Virus record (IMG/VR): IMGVR_UViG_3300027732_000027
Span: 1-55,467 of that record
Direction: 5' to 3' (one strand)
Length of the DNA stretch: 55,467 nt
Source of the DNA: a virus
Taxonomy: Duplodnaviria > Caudoviricetes
Shown here: positions 1 to 7,797 of the stretch, piece after piece
How the letters are laid out: each line of letters begins with the position of its first letter
Position numbering within the stretch: position 1 is the first letter of the stretch
Translations under genes and position numbers: made by a program
The notes under the pieces: generated by a model
The model's database searches: none
The model's input: the letters and a program-made list of their open reading frames with translations, nothing else
Told to the model about the DNA's origin: nothing

Positions 1-3
1 TAT

Positions 4-78
4 TCCAGTGTAGCACAGCGGTAGTGCAGTTGACTGTTAATCAATTGGTCGTAGGTTCGATCCCTGCCACTGGAGCCA
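4..78 (+). tRNA. tRNA-Asn(GTT)
   Basis: Acceptor TCCAGTG/CACTGGA, anticodon loop CTGTTAA, GGTTCGATCC T-arm, encoded CCA. Confidence 0.95.
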
Positions 79-92
79 AGATAAGTAGTGTT

Positions 93-740
93 ATGAAACG
101 AATGGCATTATTTTTACACCATCCTGAATGCTCAGAAGATTGTGCATATGCGATGGTCCATTCGTTATCATCTGAGTATCAGATACGAATTTTTACCGAG
201 AGAGAATTAGATGACGATGACTTTTTTATTGGTCTTGATGTTATTGCTTTTCCTGGCGGTATTGGTGATAGCGACTCGTATCCTAATTTCTTCACTAGAA
301 CAAGAGCGAATCGAATCGCCAGATTCATATCAAGTGGTGGTCACTATCTTGGCATTTGTATGGGTGCTTATTGGGCTGGAAGTCGTTATTTCGATATTCT
401 GGATTCTGTAAACCCAGTACAATATATTAAGAGACCAAATGCCACTGTCCGCAGAAGTTATGGAACAGTAGCTGATGTAGAGTGGAATGGAATACAAGAA
501 CAAATGTACTTCTATGATGGTTGTGCATTGATTGGTGATGAAGATAAATTTAAGACTGTCGCACGATATGCCAATGGTGATCCAATGGCAATCATACAAG
601 GAAGAATAGGATTAATAGGTTGCCATCTAGAAGCACCTTTGTATTGGTATGAGAAACCATGGCAATACATAAACAAACATTGGAATGATGGAAGACATCA
701 TACGCTGTTATTAGATTTTGTGAATAAATTGGGGGATTAG
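93..740 (+). CDS. BPL_N / class I glutamine amidotransferase-like protein
   Basis: FPGG and YLGICMGAY nucleophile-elbow motif, GCHLE; start moved to ATG 93 because the upstream extension overlaps tRNA-Asn. Confidence 0.8.
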   Translation: MKRMALFLHHPECSEDCAYAMVHSLSSEYQIRIFTERELDDDDFFIGLDVIAFPGGIGDSDSYPNFFTRTRANRIARFISSGGHYLGICMGAYWAGSRYFDILDSVNPVQYIKRPNATVRRSYGTVADVEWNGIQEQMYFYDGCALIGDEDKFKTVARYANGDPMAIIQGRIGLIGCHLEAPLYWYEKPWQYINKHWNDGRHHTLLLDFVNKLGD

Positions 741-805
741 TATAATTGGGAAAACACTAGCCTTGCACGCTTGAGTCGGGAGTTCGATCCTCCCATCCTC
801 CACCA
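731..805 (+). tRNA. tRNA-Ala(TGC)
   Basis: GGGGGAT/ATCCTCC acceptor with G3.U70, loop CTTGCAC, TTCGA T-loop, ACCA end. Confidence 0.9.
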
Positions 806-855
806 ACAATCGCTCTCACATATGGCGTACAATAGGATAAGTAATATGTGACCAA

Positions 856-931
856 GCCCACATAGCTCATTTGGTAGAGCAATTCACTAGTAATGAATAG
901 GTGGTCAGTTCGAATCCGACTGTGGGCACCA
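856..931 (+). tRNA. tRNA-Thr(AGT)
   Basis: GCCCACA/TGTGGGC acceptor, anticodon arm ATTCA-CTAGTAA-TGAAT, TTCGAAT T-loop, ACCA end. Confidence 0.9.
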
Positions 932-937
932 AATTAT

Positions 938-1011
938 ATCTCTCTGGTGTAATGGCAGCACGTGGGTCTCCAAAACCCTTGGTCGGAGTTCGAGTCTCTG
1001 GAGGGATGCCA
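938..1011 (+). tRNA. tRNA-Trp(CCA)
   Basis: ATCTCTC/GAGGGAT acceptor, loop CTCCAAA, GCCA end. Confidence 0.9.
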
Positions 1012-1014
1012 ATT

Positions 1015-1088
1015 GCGGGGTTAGTTTAATGGTAAAACTGTAGATTTCCAATCTTCCGTTGAGAGTTCGATTCTCTCACTCCGCTCCA
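1015..1088 (+). tRNA. tRNA-Gly(TCC)
   Basis: GCGGGGT/ACTCCGC acceptor, loop TTTCCAA, TCCA end. Confidence 0.92.
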
Positions 1089-1119
1089 AGTTTTTAATGA
1101 GGTAAGAAAAGAGGTAATC

Positions 1120-1596
1120 ATGCGTAAAGATATCGACATCGATGAAGTGAAAGACTTTATCATGGCACAGAGTCCTGAATCAAAGATTTATATCGGTGGT
1201 GACTCTGAACGATTTAATATCGGAAATGAATTCTACGCTGATTACATCTTAGTGATTGTTGTTCATATCAATGGTAATAATGGTTGTAAAATCTTCGGTG
1301 AAGTATCTCGTGAAAGATGCTACGACCAGAAGAAAGATAAACCACGTATGAGATTGATGAATGAAGTTTACAAGATTGCAGACTTGTACCTAAAGTTGCA
1401 TGATGTTCTAGAGGACAGAGAAGTCCAAGTGCATTTGGATATTAATCCAAACGAAATGCATGGTTCATCTTGCGTAATAAACGAAGCAGTTGGTTACATT
1501 AAGGGTATGTGCAATGTTGTACCATTTGTTAAGCCAAACGCATTTGCAGCATCATACGCTGCAGACAGATACAAGTCTTACATGCGTGCAGCATGA
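1120..1596 (+). CDS. RNase H-like YkuK family protein
   Basis: IYIGGDS, RLMNEV, VHLDIN and AASYAAD motifs typical of the YkuK family; GAGG RBS. Confidence 0.8.
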   Translation: MRKDIDIDEVKDFIMAQSPESKIYIGGDSERFNIGNEFYADYILVIVVHINGNNGCKIFGEVSRERCYDQKKDKPRMRLMNEVYKIADLYLKLHDVLEDREVQVHLDINPNEMHGSSCVINEAVGYIKGMCNVVPFVKPNAFAASYAADRYKSYMRAA

Positions 1597-1597
1597 T

Positions 1598-1626
1598 TTG
1601 ACATGCAAGAATTTTTAATGTATAAT
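1598..1626 (+). promoter_or_regulatory. Consensus sigma70 promoter
   Basis: TTGACA-17 nt-TATAAT. Confidence 0.9.
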
Positions 1627-1648
1627 TATTGAATTGAAGGAGTTAAAT

Positions 1649-2233
1649 ATGCAAACAATTAATCTACGTAAAGCAAATGCAATCCAGAGCGAGATCCGTA
1701 AAGCGATCTCTAGTTCAGGTGTTAGCGATACTGCTACCATCACTGAGTACAGCAAAGACATTGCTGGTAGTCTTGAGAAAGCAATGGCAGATTATGCCAC
1801 TGATGTTACTCGCAAAGTAGCATTGAACACTGCGTTGTTTAACATTCGTAAGAGTGTTTCTCAAGCAAATGCTCATGCCGTCAGCGACATTCTTGCTGAT
1901 GTTGAATTGATCGATGCCAAGATCAAAGTTTATAGCGAAGTTGCCACTAAGCAAGTTGCTAAGACTCTAGACGAGATCAATGCTCGTATCGAGAAGATGA
2001 AGGTTGCACCAACTGATGCTACTGGTCGCCATGTAATCTATGGCGATCGTTACAGCACTGTGGAAACATCTGTTGTTGAGCAAAGCACTATTGATGGTGC
2101 CAAGCAAATCGTAAAGCAATTGAAGCGTGAGAAACAAACTCTTCAAGACAAGCTGTTGACTTTGAATGTCAACACCGTAATCAACATCGAGTTAACAGAC
2201 GAGATGGTATTGAAGATAGAAGGTATTCTTTAA
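1649..2233 (+). CDS. Hypothetical coiled-coil protein (194 aa)
   Basis: AAGGAG RBS then ATG 1649; helical heptad-like composition; no recognisable catalytic motif. Confidence 0.85.
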   Translation: MQTINLRKANAIQSEIRKAISSSGVSDTATITEYSKDIAGSLEKAMADYATDVTRKVALNTALFNIRKSVSQANAHAVSDILADVELIDAKIKVYSEVATKQVAKTLDEINARIEKMKVAPTDATGRHVIYGDRYSTVETSVVEQSTIDGAKQIVKQLKREKQTLQDKLLTLNVNTVINIELTDEMVLKIEGIL

Positions 2234-2239
2234 AGTTTA

Positions 2240-2497
2240 GAGGGACAATGCCGATAAGAGAGCAATGAATAGTTGCAACCTATTAACCTGAAAAGGATTA
2301 ATGGAACAAGATTGGTCTTGAAAACCACTCTGCTCAATCGTGCTCAATTCATAGTATCTGCTCCACGGATTACACTTGACTGTTATAGTCGCTGCTTGTT
2401 GCTCCGTGTTATATACTTTTGTGGGCTGTTTTTTGATAGTTGCCAATTGCATATTGCATAGCGACTATTCGCTTAAATTGACTCATTGTTCCTCACC
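2240..2497 (+). ncRNA. Putative ~255-nt structured non-coding RNA
   Basis: Ends pair (GAGGGACAATG 2240-2250 / CATTGTTCCTC 2484-2494); nested stem GAATAGTTGC 2267-2276 / GCGACTATTC 2461-2470; internal GAAA-tetraloop hairpin 2280-2304; no credible ORF. Confidence 0.65.
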
Positions 2498-2513
2498 TTA
2501 TAAGTAGTAATAC

Positions 2514-2588
2514 GCAGGATTAATTCAGCGGTAGAATGTCTCGTTGCCAACGAGAATGCCATCGGTTCGATCCCGATATCCTGCTCCA
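2514..2588 (+). tRNA. tRNA-Gly(GCC)
   Basis: GCAGGAT/ATCCTGC acceptor, arm TCTCG-TTGCCAA-CGAGA, TCCA end. Confidence 0.93.
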
Positions 2589-2601
2589 ACATGGAGATAT
2601 T

Positions 2602-2808
2602 ATGACTGAAGAAATTGCAACAGTACCACTGACCTTTAAAGAACAGTGGGAACAAAAGAAACTTCTTAAACGAGCCAAGAAAAAAGCCAAGCGAACAATG
2701 CAAGGTAAAGGGTTAGGTCGCAGAGAAGCATCAAAAGAAGTCAACAAAGCAGTCAATCGAATTGCTTCAAACAAACCAATACGACTTGCTGCTGGACGTG
2801 GTGGATGA
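2602..2808 (+). CDS. Small Lys/Arg-rich hypothetical protein
   Basis: GGAG RBS, ATG 2602; stop overlaps next start (ATGA). Confidence 0.7.
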   Translation: MTEEIATVPLTFKEQWEQKKLLKRAKKKAKRTMQGKGLGRREASKEVNKAVNRIASNKPIRLAAGRGG

Positions 2809-3482
2809 AACATTTTCCTGCTATTTGTTTTGATGACTTTTATGATGATCCAGATTCAGTTAGAGAATTTGCGTTGAGTCAAGAATTTCTGATAAATGAA
2901 ACTGGATTGTATCCTGGAGTAAGAACAAATTTCTTACATGAAATTAATCCAGAATTGTTTGATGTTTTTTGCAACAAGCTGTTTTCAATATTTTATGATT
3001 TTAATACTACGCCCACTAAGTGGGTCATCAGTACATCATTCCAACTAATAAAACCATTTTCTACTGAAGAACATTCTATAAAAAATCATGGATGGGTACA
3101 TCTAGACGATAACAAAATATTCGCTGGAGTAATTTATCTAACACCGAACATTGACATTAGCACTGGAACATCTTTGTATAAAATCAAAGACAATCCAAAA
3201 TTACTCAATTCAAATGTTAAGTATGAATTTTATAAATCTGGTATCGCCGACGATAGTTATGATAAGATTTTATCAGATCATAACAATTCATTTGTTGAGA
3301 CTGTTAGATTTAACAATGTGTACAATAGAATGATTGCTTTTGATGGAACTACATACCACAAAGCCAATAGCTATTATTCTGAGGGTGAACCAAGATTATG
3401 TCAAGTCTTTTTCTTAGAAGCCTTTCAAACATCAAGCACTACTCCAATACAAAGATCTAAATTATACAAGCTAAAGGATTAG
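2805..3482 (+). CDS. 2OG-Fe(II) oxygenase-like protein (DUF6445-like)
   Basis: DDFYDDPD..YPG.R, HxD (HLD), FAGVIYL, YNR...H..R motifs. Confidence 0.7.
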   Translation: MKHFPAICFDDFYDDPDSVREFALSQEFLINETGLYPGVRTNFLHEINPELFDVFCNKLFSIFYDFNTTPTKWVISTSFQLIKPFSTEEHSIKNHGWVHLDDNKIFAGVIYLTPNIDISTGTSLYKIKDNPKLLNSNVKYEFYKSGIADDSYDKILSDHNNSFVETVRFNNVYNRMIAFDGTTYHKANSYYSEGEPRLCQVFFLEAFQTSSTTPIQRSKLYKLKD

Positions 3483-3483
3483 A

Positions 3484-4338
3484 ATGAAGTTTACGTGGGA
3501 AAATATAAATCGGATTAATTTTGAACTTGATGAAAATCATAACGATTTAAAATCATATAAAGAAGAAGTGCGTGATTACATATCTCAAGTTACTAAAAAC
3601 AAAGAAGTAATACTTATATTCAGTGGTGGAAACGATAGCAGATTTATAGCAAGACAATTAATGGATTTAGATATTCCATTTAAAGCAGTTACCAAATCTT
3701 TTAAATCTACTTTTGATGATTACGACGCTGTTGTGAGTAAACAGTTTTGCCTTGCCAATGGTATTGAGCATGATCTTTTTTATGAGAAACCAAGAGAGTT
3801 TTTTATGAAAGTGAAACAAATTTCTAATGCTAACCATAACCATGTTTACGCACAGTTAGTTTCTTATTACATAGAAACGATACTTCAAAAATATAGGAGT
3901 GATGGATTCACAGGAGTGTTTCTAAGTGGGTGTGGAATGGAGTTTCACTTTCTAAGTGAGATTAAAAAGCTAGAGAAATATTCTGATATATACCTTTATG
4001 CTAGAACTCATCCAAGACAATTATTAGAAAACAATAAACAAGATTTATACACTCCTATGTCTGATAGAATATATTTGTCATACATAAGAAATAAAATTTG
4101 CATTAAAAAACATAACGATGGTCTATCAATTTGGACAGATATAAGAAATGCCATATATCAAGAAAGTTTTGAAGATTTAGATTTAATAAAAAAACAGCGT
4201 CAAGATGACTTAGCCATAGAACAATATTACGTCAAGAACATTATTCCATACATTAAAAATATAAATTGTCTTCCATTTATAACAGAATTCGCAACATTTA
4301 ATTTGTCTGATTACTACAGAAGAAACAAACTAGTATGA
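3484..4338 (+). CDS. PP-loop adenine nucleotide alpha-hydrolase superfamily protein
   Basis: IFSGGNDS PP-loop motif. Confidence 0.6.
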   Translation: MKFTWENINRINFELDENHNDLKSYKEEVRDYISQVTKNKEVILIFSGGNDSRFIARQLMDLDIPFKAVTKSFKSTFDDYDAVVSKQFCLANGIEHDLFYEKPREFFMKVKQISNANHNHVYAQLVSYYIETILQKYRSDGFTGVFLSGCGMEFHFLSEIKKLEKYSDIYLYARTHPRQLLENNKQDLYTPMSDRIYLSYIRNKICIKKHNDGLSIWTDIRNAIYQESFEDLDLIKKQRQDDLAIEQYYVKNIIPYIKNINCLPFITEFATFNLSDYYRRNKLV

Positions 4339-5072
4339 TATTCTTTTTTAAAAAACCCAAGTTAGTTGTAGAATGTTTTACTACATTGGATAGACTACAA
4401 AAGGTAGGCATTCCAAAAGCAAATAATTTTATTCCAGACTGGTGGAAAACAGTTGACAAAAGTTTGTGGAAAAGCAGTAAACATTCTGATATGGCTGTGC
4501 CATATCCAACTATGAAAACATGTCCAGGTTTTACAGATCTTTATAAACGTGGTAACATTCTTCCACTTTGGACAGAACTTCTGATAGAATCAGATCACTT
4601 TGGATACAAGTGGGAGTTTGCTGGCAATAATAAAAATATAAATATTGAACAGCATTCACCTGAACAGTACGCATCAAAAGAATATACTGAAGATTTCAAA
4701 TCACTACATCATGTAAAACTTAATAGCCCTTGGATCTTTAAATGTAAAAAAGATACACCATTTCTAGCAATAGAACCAGTATACAATAATTTACTAAGTA
4801 CGTATGGAATAAAATATTTACCAGGAGTGCTAAATTTTAAAGATCAACACAGCACTAATGTTAACTTCTTTATACCTGCCAATATTAATTCAATTAAAAT
4901 GTTTTATATGGATCCATTGTGCCATTTTATATGTTTAGACAATGATGTAAATGTAGAATTTAAATCGATACTAATTTCTCAAAATGAGCACGATGATTTT
5001 TCTAGAAATATGGGTTTTAGAACATCGTTTCTTAATGATTACAAAAAGTCAAGCAAGTGCCCATTTTCTTAA
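4335..5072 (+). CDS. Conserved phage protein (DUF6065/dUTPase-fold-like)
   Basis: P.WWK, TMKTCPGF, K..SPW and LPG motifs common in aquatic T4-like phage proteins. Confidence 0.55.
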   Translation: MIFFFKKPKLVVECFTTLDRLQKVGIPKANNFIPDWWKTVDKSLWKSSKHSDMAVPYPTMKTCPGFTDLYKRGNILPLWTELLIESDHFGYKWEFAGNNKNINIEQHSPEQYASKEYTEDFKSLHHVKLNSPWIFKCKKDTPFLAIEPVYNNLLSTYGIKYLPGVLNFKDQHSTNVNFFIPANINSIKMFYMDPLCHFICLDNDVNVEFKSILISQNEHDDFSRNMGFRTSFLNDYKKSSKCPFS

Positions 5073-5088
5073 TAACTAAGGAGTGTTT

Positions 5089-5472
5089 ATGAATAACATA
5101 AAATTTAATAGTATATCTGGTAAGATAGAAGACAGTGGCAGAACTGCAGTTTGTGTAGAATTTAACACATGGCATAATGACCAAGGAATAGATTTAACCT
5201 TTTATGGTGACCCTGAAGAAATCAAAACTATATCTTTGTCTAAAGATGAACTGCATTGTATTGCAGTGATTGCTTCTGCGATCAATTACATTGATATTCC
5301 TGAAGCATCTAAAGAAGCTACATCTTTATTAGAAATATCTGAAAAAAGACTAGCCTTAGAAAAAGAAAAATACGAACAAATGGCAGCACCAAATGCACTA
5401 ACACTGTCTGGAGATTTAACTTTATTGTCAGAAGATCTAGAAGAGTCTTTACGTTCATCTTCAACAAAGTAA
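5089..5472 (+). CDS. Hypothetical protein
   Basis: ORF with AAGGAG RBS. Confidence 0.7.
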   Translation: MNNIKFNSISGKIEDSGRTAVCVEFNTWHNDQGIDLTFYGDPEEIKTISLSKDELHCIAVIASAINYIDIPEASKEATSLLEISEKRLALEKEKYEQMAAPNALTLSGDLTLLSEDLEESLRSSSTK

Positions 5473-5476
5473 TGCT

Positions 5477-5484
5477 TATAAATA
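5477..5484 (+). promoter_or_regulatory. T4-type late promoter
   Basis: Intergenic TATAAATA upstream of 5512. Confidence 0.75.
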
Positions 5485-5511
5485 GACAGATACTTTGTAA
5501 AAAGGCGAAAT

Positions 5512-6804
5512 ATGTCAGAATTACTTAATCCTAACTTTAAATCTTCTATTTTTTGGTTACGATCTGCAGAACTAGTGGGTGGCACCGAAGAACAAATCAG
5601 CCGATGGTGGTTGACTCCAATTCCATATGCTCCATTTAATTTAAGAGCACCAATTGAACTATTCAGTCGCACTAATGTTCAAGATTTTAATGCGTTGAAA
5701 TTGTGGTTTAGTGAAACTACTGTAGGTGGTAGTATCATCGATGTTGATTACTTTGAACAAGATAAAACACAAGATGGAACTACAAGTAGCTTTAGAAATG
5801 ATCTAAAGCAATCTACTCTTTTAGCCATTGGTGGAACTGAATCGTTGTTTAGCCGAAACCAGAATCTTGGAACTTTAATCAACTACAAAATTAATACATT
5901 TACTTCTTCTGGAGATTTCTTTGTAAGAGTTGGTGGACCAATAGATTATTTAATCGTTGGTGGTGGCGGTGGCGGTGGCGGTGGATATAACAGTAGCTTT
6001 CCTGTTACTAATGGCAGTAGAACAGATGGTGCTGGTGGTGGCGGTGGCGGTGGTGGCGTTTTATTTGGTTCTATGTTTTTGCCAGCTGGTAATTATAGAA
6101 TTACCGTAGGTTCTGGTGGAACTTCTGGATATGATAATTTAGCATCTCCTCCATTTAGACAATCATCCAATGGTGGAGATTCTGTTGCCTTTGGACTTAC
6201 TGCTTTAGGTGGTGGTGCTGGTTCTTCTGCTGTAATAACAACTACAATTTTTGGTGTCACAGCTGCAGCCCAAACTGGAAGTTCTGGTGGTGGCGGTGGT
6301 GGATCTGTAGAACAAGCTGGTGCAACTGGATATAATGGTCAAGGATTTGGTGGTGGTAATAGATCTGCCACTGGTCTTGCTGGTGGTGGCGGTGGAGCAG
6401 GTGGTGTCGGTGGTAGTGGGGGTGTTTCACGTAATGACACGGCAGGAGATGGTGGTGTTGGAATTTTATCAAACATCACTAGCGTTCCAACATACTACGG
6501 TGGCGGTGGTGGTGGCGGTGCTGTAAATAGTAATACAATTTATGGTACTACTGCTTTAACAGGTGGAACTTTTGGTGGAGCAGGTGGAATCGGTGGTGGT
6601 GGTCGTGCCGCAAATGTATTTCCTTTAGGTGTGGCTGCAACAAATGGAACTGCTAATACTGGCGGTGGTGGAGGTGGTTCTACTAATGGTAATTCTGGTG
6701 GAAGTGGTGGAAGTGGAATTGTAATAATCAGATCTGCAGTAACCCAAAACGATCTTAACAATAAATACTGGCACTACCCTCAAGGTGGCGGTCCAACTTA
6801 CTAA
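5512..6804 (+). CDS. Glycine-rich virion-type protein with N-terminal Xre/MbcA/ParS-like domain
   Basis: YLIVGGGGGGG...NTGGGGGG...GGSGIVIIR glycine-rich domain; N-terminal WWLTP..PFN.R.P.EL motif. Confidence 0.7.
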   Translation: MSELLNPNFKSSIFWLRSAELVGGTEEQISRWWLTPIPYAPFNLRAPIELFSRTNVQDFNALKLWFSETTVGGSIIDVDYFEQDKTQDGTTSSFRNDLKQSTLLAIGGTESLFSRNQNLGTLINYKINTFTSSGDFFVRVGGPIDYLIVGGGGGGGGGYNSSFPVTNGSRTDGAGGGGGGGGVLFGSMFLPAGNYRITVGSGGTSGYDNLASPPFRQSSNGGDSVAFGLTALGGGAGSSAVITTTIFGVTAAAQTGSSGGGGGGSVEQAGATGYNGQGFGGGNRSATGLAGGGGGAGGVGGSGGVSRNDTAGDGGVGILSNITSVPTYYGGGGGGGAVNSNTIYGTTALTGGTFGGAGGIGGGGRAANVFPLGVAATNGTANTGGGGGGSTNGNSGGSGGSGIVIIRSAVTQNDLNNKYWHYPQGGGPTY

Positions 6805-6813
6805 AAGAATTTT

Positions 6814-7167
6814 ATGTCAATAGATATTTACAGTACAAATTTTAGACAAAATGGTCTCTGGAAAAGAGTGGCAGAACTAGTTGGTGGTAATGAACGACTA
6901 ACTGCAGAGTGGTGGTTGACTCCGATACCACTTCCACCATTTAACTTAAGAACACCAAATGAATTAATGATGAATGATGAGTTCGATAGTGTTAGGATAT
7001 ATCTAGAAACACTGACAGATCAATCACAACCGATCGACTATGGACCACAAGTATATTATAATTCTGTCAGAGATGGTTTACAACGAACACCTGGAAACAG
7101 CATATACAAAACTAGAAAAGACAGACGTAAAGCAGGTATACCAGAAGAAAGCATAGGTTACTTATGA
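6814..7167 (+). CDS. Paralog of the N-terminal domain of 5512..6804
   Basis: Shared W.R.AELVGG.E....WWLTPIP..PFNLR.P.EL. Confidence 0.75.
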   Translation: MSIDIYSTNFRQNGLWKRVAELVGGNERLTAEWWLTPIPLPPFNLRTPNELMMNDEFDSVRIYLETLTDQSQPIDYGPQVYYNSVRDGLQRTPGNSIYKTRKDRRKAGIPEESIGYL

Positions 7168-7430
7168 GTGAGATGCATTTATTAATTAAACAGCTTTACG
7201 AACAGTCTTATAAAAAAGAAGACAATGAAACGATATTGTCTCATGCACACAGTAAAATATTTGACATCGATGCCTTTGCACAAAGAATAGTATTTCGTTG
7301 TGCCTTAACAGCTAAACTAGCCATGGCAGAAGGACATGATCCATATGAAAAGATCATTGAAAAGTACGGAGTAGAAACTTGTGTCAAGCCTCCAACAATA
7401 GATTTTGATTCTACAAATGAATTGATATGA
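7164..7430 (+). CDS. Hypothetical protein
   Basis: Translationally coupled ORF (ATGA overlap). Confidence 0.7.
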   Translation: MSEMHLLIKQLYEQSYKKEDNETILSHAHSKIFDIDAFAQRIVFRCALTAKLAMAEGHDPYEKIIEKYGVETCVKPPTIDFDSTNELI

Positions 7431-7780
7431 TAGTTTTAGATTCACTTACGGGTGAGATAGTTGAACTAAAACAAGAAAAAGGTAATTTTTATCCATATAC
7501 AATTGACAATGAAACCAGACTGATACCAATAGCAGTCTATAAAAATCATGAGAAAATACCGTCATTAATTTGGGATGAAGAGTTACTGGTACAAAATGTT
7601 TCTGATATGATGGATATGAATTCATTGTGTGAAAAACGAGTATTGATTGTTAAGATGTCAGAATGGAAACGTGGTAGAAAAGTAGAAATACTAAAGCCAT
7701 TTAGATGTGTAGTTTGTAAAAAGCCAAGTTGTCTTGGAGAATGCGACGAAGATAGTTTTCTAGAGTTAATGTTAATATAA
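7427..7780 (+). CDS. Hypothetical protein with C-terminal CxxC-x3-CxxxC motif
   Basis: Coupled ORF; CVVCKKPSCLGEC. Confidence 0.65.
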   Translation: MIVLDSLTGEIVELKQEKGNFYPYTIDNETRLIPIAVYKNHEKIPSLIWDEELLVQNVSDMMDMNSLCEKRVLIVKMSEWKRGRKVEILKPFRCVVCKKPSCLGECDEDSFLELMLI

Positions 7781-7797
7781 GTATCAAGGAGATATAA

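Noticed and set aside
24-92. N-terminal extension of the first ORF
   Set aside because: Overlaps tRNA-Asn; ATG 93 is the plausible start
856-931. Amber suppressor tRNA (CTA visible in the loop) or a recoded genome
   Set aside because: The 7-nt loop register puts AGT at positions 34-36, and core genes are full length in the standard code with TAG used as a stop
2237-2461. Short ORFs on both strands (2273..2461 +, 2237..2452 -)
   Set aside because: No RBS and non-protein-like composition; the region is better explained by RNA base-pairing
5950-6720. GGT/GGC microsatellite-like repeats
   Set aside because: Explained by glycine codons of the glycine-rich domain
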